DNA of 64,000 bases from Sphyrna mokarran (taxonomy: Eukaryota): positions 87,110,001 through 87,174,000 of the forward strand of contig JAGIQG010000008.1 of assembly GCA_024679065.1 (NCBI GenBank), read 5' to 3'. The notes under the pieces are model-generated. The model ran no database searches and was not told the origin of the DNA. It was given only the letters and a program-made list of their open reading frames with translations. The position numbers and the translations under genes are program-made. Shown here one piece after another: positions 26,610-39,699 of this stretch; position 1 is the first letter of the stretch, and the number at the start of each line of letters is the position of its first letter.

Positions 26610-27175
26610 AAGTGTAGAGCTCAAGATCATACAGGTTCTCTGGAACTGTATAAAGCATTGGTTAGGGCACAGATATTGTATAATATGTAGTTCTGGAATC
26701 CATGTTATAGGAAGGATGTGACTGCACTAGGAAGGGTGCAGAAGAGATTTACTAAGATATTGCCTGAGCTGGAGCCAATTCAGCTATGAAGAGACTGGAT
26801 AGATTGGGATTGTTTTTCTTGGTAACAGAGCAGATTGAGGCAGTGAGACATGATTGAGATATATAAAATTATGAGGGGCATAGATGGACAAGACACTTTT
26901 CCCCCTGGTGGAGGGATCAGTGACCACAGAACATGCATTTAAGATAAGGGGCAAGAGATATAGAGGAGATGTGAGGAAGATCTTTACACAGAGTGTTGAA
27001 GACAGACACCCTCAACATCTAAGAGATATTTAGATGTGCACCTACAATGCCAAGGCATACAAGGCTAGGGGCCAAATTCTGGAAATTGGAATTAAAATAT
27101 TTAGATGGATGTTTTTGACTAGCACAGACATGATATGCCAAAGGGCCTTTTCTGTGCTGTAGACCTCGAGGATTA
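26610..27175 (+). mobile_element. CR1 LINE 3' end
   Basis: LELYKALVR..YRKDVTALGRVQKRFTKILP; tail gccaaagggccttttctgtgctgtag. Confidence 0.88.
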
Positions 27176-27809
27176 AGTTGAAGGATATCACAGTAAACTG
27201 TACAGTGTAGTATTCAGATTATGTCTTGAGATTTGATTGCTGAGATATAGAAGTAACAGCAGAATTCCACAAAATTGTTCCCTTGTATAAACATTTTGAA
27301 GGCCGGAAAAAGCTCAAAGAATTAGCGAAGAACCACAGAGCTATTTAAAGCATTAAACATAATAAAAACCATCAAAAGCAAAACAAACTTCTGGATGCTG
27401 ATATTTGAAATTAAAGCATAATGAACAGGTCAGGTGTCTCTTGATCCAAAACCAGAAAATCCCACCCAAGGACAATAGACCTTTCCATAGTCTGCCCCTC
27501 ACCTTCTCTGATTCTCGTGATGGGCAAGACAGTAAAGTTTACTCCAATATTACAGCTCGATGAATTTCATCAAAAACAGGAAAAAATTAGAGATTTAGCT
27601 GATTTTAAGCAATCACACAAGTAGAGATAGAGAAGAAAGAATAAGAAGAATAGGTCTGTGATGGAGTGGATGGCAAGAGAAATTTATGAATAGGTATAAT
27701 GTTGCAAGACGATGGGATAGGTAAAGAAATAGATGTGTCAAAAGGAGTTGTAAATGACAATAGCAAAATCACTATCAGCATTGGCTGTATGAAAAACTAG
27801 AAAGAAATC

Positions 27810-28780
27810 CCACAGCACCAGCTTAATGTCCAACAAGTTTATCTGTAGCAAATACCCCAAGCTTTCTGAACACGTTGTTCCCTCATCAAGTGGCTGGGAG
27901 TTCTGATCACAAACAGGGCACAAAAACACAAACTCAATTTACATAATGATTGGAATGTGAGACTTTACAGCTAATCAATTCTTAAAGGTATAGATAATGT
28001 AAGTGGAGAGAGTTTAAGTACAGGTTAAAGAGATGTGTATTGTTTCCAGATAGGAAAGTTAGTGAGATTTTGCAAGTCCAGGCAAGTTGTGGGGGTTATA
28101 GATAGTGTGACATGAACCCAAGATCCCGGTTGAGGCCATCCTCGTGTGTGCGGAACTTGACTATCAGTTTCTGCTCAGCCGTGTGTCGTGGAGGCCGAAT
28201 GCCTATGACCGCTGAAGTGTTCCCCAACAGAAAGAGAACAGTCTGGTGATTGTCAAGCAGTGTTCATTCATCTGTTGTCATAACGGCTGTACCAAGCCTC
28301 GGGACATTCTTTCCTGCAGCATATCAGGTAGACAACGTTGGCCGAATTGCACATGTGGATGGTGCAATATGATGGCATCCGTGTCAGTGATCCGGCATGT
28401 CTTAGAGGTTGCTGTGGCAGGGTTATGTGGTGTCGTGGTCACTGTTCTCCTGAAGGCTGGATAGTTTGCTGCAAATAATGGTCTGTTTGAGGTTGTATGA
28501 AGGCAAGAAGTGGGGGTGTGGGGATGGCCTTGGCAAGATATTCATCTTCTTCAATGAGATGTTAAAGATTCCAAAGTACTGGACGACGAAAGGTACTCTG
28601 TCCACCATGTCCAGTGTTTGTCTTCTGAGGAGGTCAGTGCGGTTTTTGGCTGTGGTGCGTCAGAACAGTCATTCAATGAGTTGAGTGCCATATCTCGTTC
28701 TTATGAGGGCATCTTTCAGTGTCTGGAGGTGTCTGTTGCGATCCTTCTCATCTGAGGGCTTGCGAACCTTCAACCATTAA
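27810..28780 (-). mobile_element. Penelope-like element 3' part (GIY-YIG region and terminal repeat)
   Basis: DRVPFVVQYF (28423-28608); C-terminal segment gttgaggccatcctcgtgtgtgcggaacttg; terminal repeat at 27810-27895 related to 49650-49770. Confidence 0.85.
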
Positions 28781-29089
28781 CGGCGAGAGAGGGAAGAAGA
28801 CGAGTGGAAATTAACAGTAATAAAGATGAAAAAATGTAACCATGAAAAAGGGTGATGATAACAGTCAAGCTGGGATTGGTACTTTGGTGGAGGAGTGGGA
28901 AACTGAAGTTACGCACGGAATTAAGAGCTTATGTTCTTTTAAGTGACAGAGTTAGAAGACAGAATAAATCAATTAAGTTCATTTTGGTGCTGCAGTGCAT
29001 CCACTGGTGAAAAATAATTTACATAGCTGTGTGATCTGTTCTGAAATTAGGTATCAGCTTGTTCATGATTTGTTGGTTGACTGGAGAAT

Positions 29090-30085
29090 AGGATATATCA
29101 AGTGTCTTTAGCAAACAGTGAAATAATATAAGGTTTAGGATAACTAAGGAGAAGGATAAGGAGCGATCTAGGGTCAAAATAATTAATTGCCAACTTCAAT
29201 GGAATGCAAACAGATCTGGCCCAAGTAAATTGGAATCGAAAGATTGGCAGGCAAAATTAACAAAACAATGGACTGCCTTCAAAGAGGAACTCAGAAACAT
29301 TCAAAGTACATTGAAACCAATAAAAAATGGTTTTATTTTATCCTCCTTTGAAAGCAAGCATATATCAGGGGCAGAAAGGAAATACAAGAGGAGGAAATCT
29401 TCAGCCAATAAATCATCCAAAACTATCATAGTAATCTGTCCTATTTGTGGCAGGGCCTTCTGGGCACAAAGTCCTTAGTACTCACTTATGTATCCACTGG
29501 AACCCTACTAAACACCCCAGATAACGAACATGATCATCTTCACCTCAGAGGACAAACCAAGAAGGATGTCCAGTTCTGGGCAGCACACTTTAGGAAGAAT
29601 GTGATGAAATTTAAGATGTTCAGAGACAAATCACAAGAATAGCTCTAGGGATGAAGGACTTCAGCTTGTGGATAGCTTGGAAAAGGAGGGACTGGGTATT
29701 TGGCAGGAGAGAGGGAAAAAAGAACAGACTTGATAAAGGGGTTCAAAATTGAGATATCAAGATATAGGGAGAAAATGCTCCCGGCCATTGGCAGAAAGAT
29801 CAAGAAAAATAGGATATGATTTAAGATGATGGACAAAAGCAACAACATAAGGGAAAGCTACCTTACTGAGCGAGTGGTTTGAATCTAGATACATGACTTA
29901 AGTGTGTGGTAGAGGCCAATTCAACTGAAATATTCAAAAGAGAATTGTTTAATAAACTGATGAGAATAAGAATTGCAAGGCTAAATATAAAGGTGGAACA
30001 AGCTGAGTTCTTTAGCAGAGAGCTTGCACAGAAATGATGGGCTGAATGGTAGCTCATTTGCCGTAGATATGTTCTAATTCTATAA
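29090..30085 (+). mobile_element. CR1 LINE fragments (linker 29090-29290; 3' end 29565-30085)
   Basis: ANFNGMQTDLAQVNW..QWTAFKEE, then VQFWAAHFRKNV and tail atgatgggctgaatgg. Confidence 0.75.
29295..29562 (+). mobile_element. RTE LINE 3' end (C-terminal zinc finger) at the CR1 deletion junction
   Basis: FESKHISGAERKYKRRK..CPICGRAFWAQ (ORF 29230-29478), the RTE terminal C2H2-type motif. Confidence 0.7.
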
Positions 30086-31047
30086 TTTTAGTAAACATGC
30101 AAAACAGTATGACAAAAGTATTAAGTACTTACAGTATGTTTACTCTCAACTGTATTTTCACTTTGGCCTTGGAATACATTTTTTCCCCACTCTTTTAATT
30201 CCATTGACATTGCTATTCTTTGCTCTGTCATGCTATCCAGCTATTCTTTAACACATTTTCTCCTGTCACTCTCAGTAGCTGTACACTAAGTTTTTTTTTA
30301 AGATACATGCCTTTGAGTTTCACCTTTCTCCTTCAGGATCTCAGCACCATACATTATTATTTGTATATTTTGGCTGACCAGTTAGTTACTGAGTCAATTT
30401 TGGCTTGGCCATGAATAACTGGCTGAAAATGATTTACTGTGTTTCAATTTAATGTATATGATTTTTCATGAGTCACACAAGTTGTAATTAAAGTGCACTT
30501 TTAAAAAATCCTGTTCAGCAAATATTCAGCCAAGTGCTAAAGTGAAATTAGAACCAGCATTTTGCTATTTAATTTACATCCTTGGTTATGCCCACTATCC
30601 TTTTCTTTTGTAGTTTTGTCCCTGCGTTATCCCAGTCTTTTCTAATCATTTCCCCCACTGACTTTCAGTGAGGAGAAAGGAAGCAACTGAACTGTAGCCT
30701 TGAATACTGCTGCTTTTGTTTCCATCCATTAGTTTAGCCATAGGAAGAATTACTTCAAGCTTGAGTGAGTTAGGTGTTTTGTTGGCAGCTGTAACACTAG
30801 AACGTATTATATTTCTTAAAAAAAGAAACTTAATCATGAACTGTACTCTGACATCCTCAAAATTCATGTTCAAACTTCAACTTGAAAGCAGCTGTAAGCT
30901 TCAGCATGATGAAAGATTCCCATTGTCCACCACTCAATTGAGTCAATGCTTGGGTTAACATTCTTCATTTTCAGAGAGGCGACAGTAGCACATGATGCTG
31001 TCCCTTTCTTTTACTGTGGTCTGTCCAGAGCAAGATATTTGACAGTT

Positions 31048-31535
31048 GGAGTACTATAGATGCACTATAGAAAGTATTCTTTCTGGTTGTATCAAAGCTT
31101 GGTATGGCTCTTCTTCTGTCCAAGACTGCAAGAAACTACAAAAGATCATTAACAATGCCCAATCCATCGCGCAAACCTGCCTTCCGTCTGTTAACTCTGT
31201 CTACACTTTCTGCTGCCTCAGAAGAGCAACCAATTAAGGACCCTATGCACCCTGGACATTCTCTCTTCCACTTTCTTCCATTGGGAAAAAGATATACAGG
31301 TCTGCGGTCACCTCCCTCAATTCAAGAACAGCTTCTTCCCTGCTGCCATCAGACTTTTCAATGGACCTATCATATATTAAGTTGATCTTTCTCTACACCC
31401 TAGCTATGACTTAACACTACATTCTGCAGTCTCTTCTTTTGTTCTGTATGAACGGTATGCTTTGTCTATACAGCATGCAAGAAATGATTTTTCACTGTAT
31501 GCTAATACATGTGACAATAATAAATTAAATCAAAA
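31048..31535 (+). mobile_element. Rex1/Babar-type LINE 3' end
   Basis: YRCTIESILSGCIKAWYG..QDCKKLQKII..AQSI, then IKDP.HPGHSLF..LPLGKRY and aagaacagcttcttccctgctgccatcag; tail gtgacaataataaattaaatcaaa. Confidence 0.88.
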
Positions 31536-31575
31536 TCTTGCTTTATATCATTCATGGTCATTAATTAAAAGCACA

Positions 31576-31790
31576 TTACTGCAGATGCTGGAATCTAAAA
31601 CCAAAAGAGAAAATGTTGTAAAATCTCAGGTCTGGCAGCATCTGCAAGGAGAGAAGAGAGTTGATGTTTCAAATTCAGATGACCACCTGTCAAAGCTTTG
31701 ACAAAAGGTTGTTTGGACTCGAAACATCAGCTGCTTTCTCCCCTTATAAATGCTGCAAAACCTGCTGAGATTATGATCATTTGCAGTTTC
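31576..31790. repeat. Palindromic Penelope terminal-repeat mini-element
   Basis: Perfect 16-bp central palindrome tgtcaaagctttgaca (31688-31703); left arm closely matches the Penelope terminus at 10589-10675. Confidence 0.85.
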
Positions 31791-34455
31791 CAGAAGGAAA
31801 AGCATTTTTCAGGGACAGATTGTTAGCCTTAGATACAACCCTTTTGGCAATAGTACTGGCAAATTTTCTTTAATATGTTGGAGTCAGTGCAGACTTGATG
31901 GGTCAAATAGCCTCTTCTTGTATTGTAGGGATTCTGTGATTTTTATGAATATGTGGTTCTCACCTGTCTGGCTAGTGTCCCAATAAGAAGTAATACTTAT
32001 GCATGTGAAGGTGCAGCCCATAGGAAATGAGAAGGGTACAAGGATATGTAATTAGGAGGTCATTGAAAACTTGGTTGAGAAGCTGTATTTTGAGGAAGCT
32101 GATATGGACCAAGTGGTCAATAGACTGAAGGAATAAGAGAGGCAACTTCAGTAAGAGGAGGCTAACGTGACAAAATGCTGTGCCACCTATGTGTGAAGAG
32201 GATAGAATATGAATAAGTGGTCATTTTCTACACTTATGCGACTGGCTGTATTATCATCAATGGGCAACATTGGATCAAATATAGTCAGAGATAAGCCCTT
32301 GAGAACTGCAAAGGTGACATGTTGGGAAGAGAAGCCATTGCAGAGGTGTGCTGCGTGTATCAGGATGGGTAGATTGTTCCTGGAATTGCGCAGTAGTGGA
32401 AGATGACAAAGACAAACATATCAAGTGTTTTGGAAAGGTTGATGGGAGCAAGGGGAGGTGCTCACAACACTTGCAGCTACATAAGAATGTATTTCTTATC
32501 TTGCCCCAGGCATTGTCCATTCTGTGAAAAGGAAGAAAAATAGTCTGAAGACATTTGAACAATATATTAATGCAACACTTGAGAGGGCATTATCTCTTAG
32601 ATCAACACACCAATACATCACTTTTCTAATTAGAAGATATCACTAGTGTTAAGGGCACAGCTGATAGTAAATGCCATGTTGTTCAAATATGAGAAAGGAA
32701 ACTTGAAATAACTACCCTCAACTATATTTGCAATTTGTGTTGTATAAGGAGAGGTTTGAAATCCAGACAATGATGTCCCTGACTCTGATGATTTTAATAA
32801 AGTTAACAGTTATTAAGAAATAGAAGAAAAATACAATAGAGTAAGATAGAACTACACTTAACCAGAATAATGGCTTTACAAAGTATCCAGAAGTTCCAAA
32901 CAACCTTAACTACCATTTAAGCTAACTCCCCCAATCTGTTCCACAACACATTCTACATTTTGAAGATGATAAAAATCCAATAACTACTACCACACATGGC
33001 TTTTACATCTCTTGGGCCACTTCTGAGCTAAACCAACAGTGAGTTGCTTTTCAAATTTGGCTTCTATCACAAACATTGCATGCTGGGAGATAAACAGCCA
33101 GTCCTGCTATTGGCTGAGAGAAGATTTCTGAAATCCTTTAATTGCATCATATGTATCTCCCTTATCTGACTTGATTTATTTAGATCTCTCTCCCAGACCT
33201 AATTACCTTTATCTGCTTCAGCTTTCAGACTTTAAGAGCAAACTCACTTTATACACATTCCATATGACACCTTTCCTTCGCACCTTGCATCTCCTCCATT
33301 GAATCTTTAACGACGTATTCATGTTCTGTATCAGGTAAATTGTTACTTAGGTAAACATGTTTGCAGTGTTGCAAGGTTCAATAACATATCACGTGCAGCT
33401 GTTCCATTCACAGTCACTCTTCCCCGTCCTTAATTATCTTACTTCCATATTCCCACAGTTTGAAGTATATGACCAGAACCTAACCAACAGAATATATTCC
33501 AATTTCTTAAATTTCCTTGATGTTTGTGGCATTATGCCATTTCAAGTACTACTATGCCACCAGTATCTGCATAAAGCAATTTTTCCATTTTTGCAGTCCA
33601 AAAATTACATCATGAAGGAAGAGCATCACTTGGGAAAAATCTCCATAGAAATGTGATGCCAGGTTTAAAAAAAACCTCATGAATTCCAGGGCATTTTATA
33701 AAAGTGTGACACCCCTATCTGTGCACTCAAACATTTCAAATTTACTGACTGCTTTCCCGGCCTAAAGCTGTTCAGTGAGGCGATATAAATCAAGTGCTGC
33801 CAGTTTTGAGTCAATTCTATTACTGATGCTTTTGGACTAGTTGCTTTAATGTTGATGCAGCCAACTTTGTTGTGATTAGGCTAATCAGTTTCATTGAGAA
33901 AAGTCTAACAGTCGTGTTTAAATGCTTTTTAAAAATTGGTAGTATATTACTTTGTACAAAAGTCTGATTATCTGCAAGTGGGCATGTGGTTTACAAATGT
34001 ACACTTTGCATTCTCTTTCCTTTTAAATCATTTAAGCAAAGCATTTTTTAAAGGGAAGAAGCCAAAATAATAATTTGAATGAATTCTCCAATGATCCGAT
34101 CAGTTTTGATTTCATTTGGATGCAAGACCAGATTAATTCTATTCTGTATGAGAAACTCCTCCCCAAGGTGGTGTCCAATTTCCATCTATTTCTAAGAGAT
34201 GTCCTGCTCTGAGTAAGGCTTGTCGCATTGATTTTTTTTTTGTTCATAAACTCAGTGATTGGGGAAAAAAATCCCTCTAGTGTCAGTCATTCTGTGGAAC
34301 TAAAATATTTGATGAATTCTGTTGCTGGAAAAAGAATGTTATATGAACATACAAACAAGGGCAGACTTTCCAATCTATCCAACCTGCCCCATATAATTGC
34401 ATCATAATATGTGGATTCCAACTCCACTTGATAGCTATGATTTTCTGGATAAGTA

Positions 34456-34742
34456 GCTGCCTCACAGTGCCAAGGACCTGGGTTTGATTCTTGCTTTAGG
34501 TGACTTTTTTTTCTTGTCAACTTGGATTTCCTCCCACAGTTCGAAGATGTTCAGGTTAGGTGGATTGGCCACGTTAAATTGCTCTTTAGCGTGCAAAGAT
34601 GTGTAAATTAGGTGGATTCGCCATGGTAAATGCACAGGTTTATAGCGATCGAGTGGGCCTGGATAGGATGTTGTCTTGGAGAATCAGCATAGATCGATGG
34701 GCCAAATGGCATTCTTCTGCATTGTAGGAATTCTATGATTAA
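34456..34742 (+). mobile_element. HE1-type V-SINE with CR1-derived tail
   Basis: gctgcctcacagtgccaaggacctgggtttgattc head, cctcccacagttcgaagatg..gttaggtggattggcca core, gatgggccaaatggc..gcattgtaggaattctatgat tail. Confidence 0.85.
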
Positions 34743-37700
34743 TGCATATTAAACAGAGGTGGAGATTCAAGTTCTTCAGCTTTTCAATAAAAGCACTTTG
34801 ACATTGTAAAACAAAGAATTTTCATCCTTTCCATCAATCAGTCACACTCTGTCCTCCTTGTATTCCCTTATTCCATGTGCTTTGCTTAGATTATGTTAAA
34901 AGCTGGAAATTCCTGGTATATATTAAGGATCCATCATTGCGTAAAGAAGTGTGGGAATTGTCCTTTTGCTTTATATGGCACTGAGCAAAAGCTACTGGGA
35001 GCCATTTGTACACACATTGTTTCAGCATTTATTTCCTGTGAGGATTACGCCCAGATGGAGATTTGATGTGTGTAATGCTCTCAATTTTATGCAGCAGCTC
35101 TTTTGTACTGTGCTTGTGCTAGATGGAGCTACTTAGCACATAAAATTCTTCTTTCAGGTTCATATACAGATTTTTTTTTTAATTTAGCAGGGCTTCCAAA
35201 CATTGATAGCAACTAATGTTTCTCTAAGTGGAATTTAGTCACTAATTCAAACAAGCTTTATACAAAGGAAAACTTGTTTCACTGAACTATGAACAGTGTC
35301 AGCAAACAATTAAGCATTACCTCTATTCAGAGGAAACGTGTACAAGTTGGAAGCAGATATCAAGACTGAATCAGCAGCCAGAACATGCATTACTCTGCTA
35401 GTTTTAAAAAAAATCTGAAAACATGACCAAATCTAATCATGTTTTAATGTGTTTTGGCATAAACTTTCAATCTTAAATTGAAGGTTAAATTAAACCTTCT
35501 TTAAAAGGTTAGTCACAAAGCAAATCACACATATGCAGGAAGATATTTCTATATAAGAGACCAGAATTTGTAGATTGGCATAGAAACAGTCAAAATCATT
35601 AGAGCTAGGAAATTGATATCTGTAATTTATGCTTCATATTTCTAATGGAGAGAAATGAAGCAACTGCAGGATGCCTTGTGAGGCAGAAAATGTTTTTTGA
35701 CAACATTTTTGCATAAGGCCCTCTCTTTCCTCTTTCATTTGAACAAGTAGTTTACCTTTTAAAATAACATGTGGACTGTGAGCAAAGGCAGGTGAGAGAT
35801 TTACATGCGGCTCCCTGTGACTCAGCAGATTTATCCAGTGAGAGGGCAATTTAAAAGGTCTCAGGAAACTGCTGATCCCAGCTGGGTATCACAATTGGCT
35901 TGATGCTGCCATGTTGGGAGGGAAAAGAGTCAGTTGGAATTGATATTCCTGAATAATGATTGTATCCTGAAGAATATCTGGAATCCACAGATGAGTGGAC
36001 AGCAAGGCATTATTGTCTGCGGAAGAAAATAAATCACCTTTGTGACCTGGTTGCTGTAGGCTGTTAATGTAAAAATGACATCATGGGCATAATACTTACT
36101 CAATGAATCCACTTAATGCCACAATTCGGGGGGCAACACCACCAGTGATAGGCCCTTGTCCGAATTTTAATGTTTTGTGCTATTCTCACAGATTCAGTGT
36201 CAGCTTTCACTACAGTAGGTGGATCTTGCATCATCTTAGGAACATATTTCATTGCAATCCATATGCAGCTCATTGATGTCTGATCAGTGAGCCATAATAG
36301 AGAACTCTTGCTCTGTAGGCCAGCTCTTTGTAAAAGGTGGTTTGAGATGAAACACAACATCAGATTAACACATCCTGATTTCACATTAAACACATGGATG
36401 AATATGGAATTTTCATAGTGAGAACTGTCCATTTTCCTACACTGTTATAGAAAATAAAGACAGTTTATTAATTCTACAGACGTAAACTCACTTCGTTGAG
36501 CCTGTGTGATAAAGCAAAGTGGGCAGTGAAGGGGTATGTTAGGTCAGTGAACCATCAGTGATGGTTGTTAGCTTACGTGGTATGCATATACTGACAGTTT
36601 TTGAATTTGGAACCTAACTAAATTTGCAGAATGGTTTGTGACTTTAGATGTTAAAATAATAACATTAGGATAGGATCCTTAAGAATGCATATACAGACCT
36701 AGCTATTAATTAACACATGGCAAAACAGGATTATTGTTGGAGAAAAAGAATGAATTTGAGAACATTATAGAAATATAAAGATTAAAAATATACAAATCTG
36801 CTAATAAACTGTTCCATTTTGAATCCAGTTTAATACTTAAGTTGGTAACACAAAAAATAATGGGGTTGACAGTCTTGCTGTATTACTTTCTTTTATTCTT
36901 CCTTAACATCTGAACTTTCAAACTGACACCCCAACCTTCTAACAGGTGATACTTGGATAAAACAAAAGCAGAAAATTAACAGCACAAAAAGATGACTTTT
37001 TTATTTGAGAAATCCTGATGTGAGATTCTCACTTTAAATACAAGATGGCTATGTTTAAAAAAATTATCATCCCATATGTTGAGACAATTGCAGCTGTTCA
37101 TACAAAGTTCACATTGATTGTTTGAAATTAACAGAGATTGAAAATGTGATAAATGCTGAGTTCAACACTCCTCCTTCCCAACTGCTAAACCTAGCTGATC
37201 GGAATTTTTTTAAATAGCTATTCCCTTCCTGATAACCTTTTCTAGTTGCACTTTTCATTTTGAGGAGGAAAGTTTGCCATTTTTTGGCCAAGTGTTGTTT
37301 CTGGCAGGAAGAACAAAGGGCAGCCTAGTGGCTATGCCGCTGTCTTTGCCTGCCATGTTTTTGGATACACTGTCAAAAGAAGCTCAAGGGATAGGTCCCA
37401 TGACACCATCCTGAATTAATTCACCCTATCAGCAACTTGGGCTTCTATGACATTGGAGTACCACTTTTCAAGTTGGAAATGTTTATAAAGTTTTTAAAAA
37501 GATGAAACTGAACCCTTCCTTCCCACCACAGACATCCCCACCTCATGGCCAAGCTTAGGCAGTATCAGGGCAGCAGAAGTACCCTCTTCCACTGAGGGCT
37601 GCATTCACCTATGCATCTTTGTGGGATTCACATCAGCATGTCTTCACACTGACTGACTGGATACTTTATGGGGGGACAATTAGGCGTGAAGGCCTGATAT

Positions 37701-38149
37701 TGCAATTCAAATTGATGTAAATGAGGATTCCAACTTTTAAAGTTGGGTTCCTGTTATGTCATTGGCAGGAGGCAGGATCAGTCGAGTGGGGAAATGCTGC
37801 CAGTACAAAAGCCATTTTGGGACTACTGCTCAATTTGTCACATCCTCCACTGTTCCCCGAAAATAAGATTGGTAAATCCCAGTCCTTGTGCTCCGGTGCA
37901 AATGTCAAAGGTAAACAAAATGCGAAAACAATTTGAAATTGCTGAATGTCTGAAACAGAACCAAAATGTGTTGGTTAATCAGAATTAGTGAAGAGAATAG
38001 ATAAGATATCGTTCTAGATTCTGATGAAGATAATATCTTCAACTATTAAAACATTTTTTACTCCATTTTTAAAATTACAAAGCTAATGCATGGAGTGGAC
38101 CAGACAAGCCCAAATCCATTTCTTTGCTTGTTCCAAAACCCAAATTCAA

Positions 38150-39500
38150 TTGAATCCAATTCTTGATCCCCACAAAAGAAACATAAGATCCAAGCAGACA
38201 AGGAGGTGGGCAATGGTCTGTTCCTCATCACATTTACCTCAAGGGCAATATGTAGATAGGGTGAGACTCTGGGGCATTTTAGAAATATCTGTTGGGAGAG
38301 GACCTTTATTACCATCAGCCAAGCTGGTTCTTGGTGCCCGTTTGAAAGTTCTGGTGATGAGGCATTCTGGCAAACGACTGTCAGTCTGCTCAGGGAACCA
38401 TCCAATAGGCTTTGTCATCTCCTTTTCCCATAGGACGTTCCATGCAGACTGCTGCCTTATGGACTTGTGGTCAAAAATGTTCTTTTGCAGAAATCTTTTC
38501 CACAAGGTATGGGTGTACAGCTCTATCCAATTACTTGGAATGTTCCAAGGCAGTGTGGCCAGATCCATTCTTTGCAACATGGGGGAGACGTGTACCCAGT
38601 GATACTTATTTTTGAATACTGAGGTTCTGCGCACAGCTTGATACAACCACATAAAGATGGCCATCAGGATTATGGTGATATTGAGCATGTTTTTCCTGTC
38701 TAGTAGTTTGTACATCGCATCTCAATGACACAGTCCATTTTAGACCCTTACATGAAACAAAAATGGCTCAGGTGATTGTCACAACACAGGAGTGAGGAAT
38801 GAGCCAGACCTGTGTCACATACAATAACAGTTTGCTGCACACCTGATGATCAGGTTCTAACTTGCAATGGAGCAGGATTGTCACTCCCACATGCCCAAGT
38901 TTTGGTTCATTATACCTACTTGTTCCTTCCAGTTTGTAATATATGCACTGGTCTGTTCGAATCATAGCCTGAGACTGCTCAGGATATCTGACATGAAGGG
39001 ACTAAGAGTGGGTATGCCCAGTTCCCAAAGAACATGGTCTTGTTCTTGCTGCCATTTACCTTGGCACCTGAGGCCAGTTTGAACTGGTCATTGATGTTAA
39101 TCAGTTTGCATACTCTCAGTGGATTGGGGCAAAATATGATGATATTGTCCATGTACAGGGAGGCTTTGACCCAAGTGCCTCCACTTCATGGGATCTTCAT
39201 TACTTTTATACCTGAATCGTTCCTGATGGACCCAGCATAGGGTTCTATACAAAACACAAACAGGATAGAAGAGAGGGACAGCTGTCTAACTCTAGATGTA
39301 ATTGGAAAGTTTTCTGAGACCTCACCCATTGAATGCAACTGCGCTACTGATGTTTACATAGTGCTTGTTGGGTCTAATTGTGGATTCCTTCTCCAAACCT
39401 CATTTTGGAGAGCACAACCTTCATGTAAGTGTGCAATATTCTGTCAACAACCTTTTCCTGGTTCAAATCTATAAGATACCCTTGTTGTGAACATACCTCA
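38150..39500 (-). mobile_element. Tx1/L1-clade LINE ORF2 fragment
   Basis: Reverse strand LIDLNQEK, ENFPITSRVRQ, VKASLYMDN (YMDD-like), ASGAKVN, LSPMLQRMDLATLP..FDHKSIRQ, QNASSPELSN.HQ..AWL. Confidence 0.85.
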
Positions 39501-39699
39501 TGCTACATGGCTACAACCATTATCAGCTATCTTTCTATTGGGAACAGAGCAACTTTGTTGAACCTTCAACTTTGTCAACGTTCTCCAGAGATGCTGGATT
39601 ACTAACAGGATGTTTCTAACAATCTTTTGTTTCTGAAAACCATCATCCTGCTGGTAGCTATTTACTAGAAGCAGAAGGATAAAATGCAAGATTGCAAGT

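Noticed and set aside
38090-38602. Longest ORF in the window (170 aa, + strand)
   Set aside because: It is the antisense shadow of the minus-strand Tx1 LINE ORF2, with no recognisable domain
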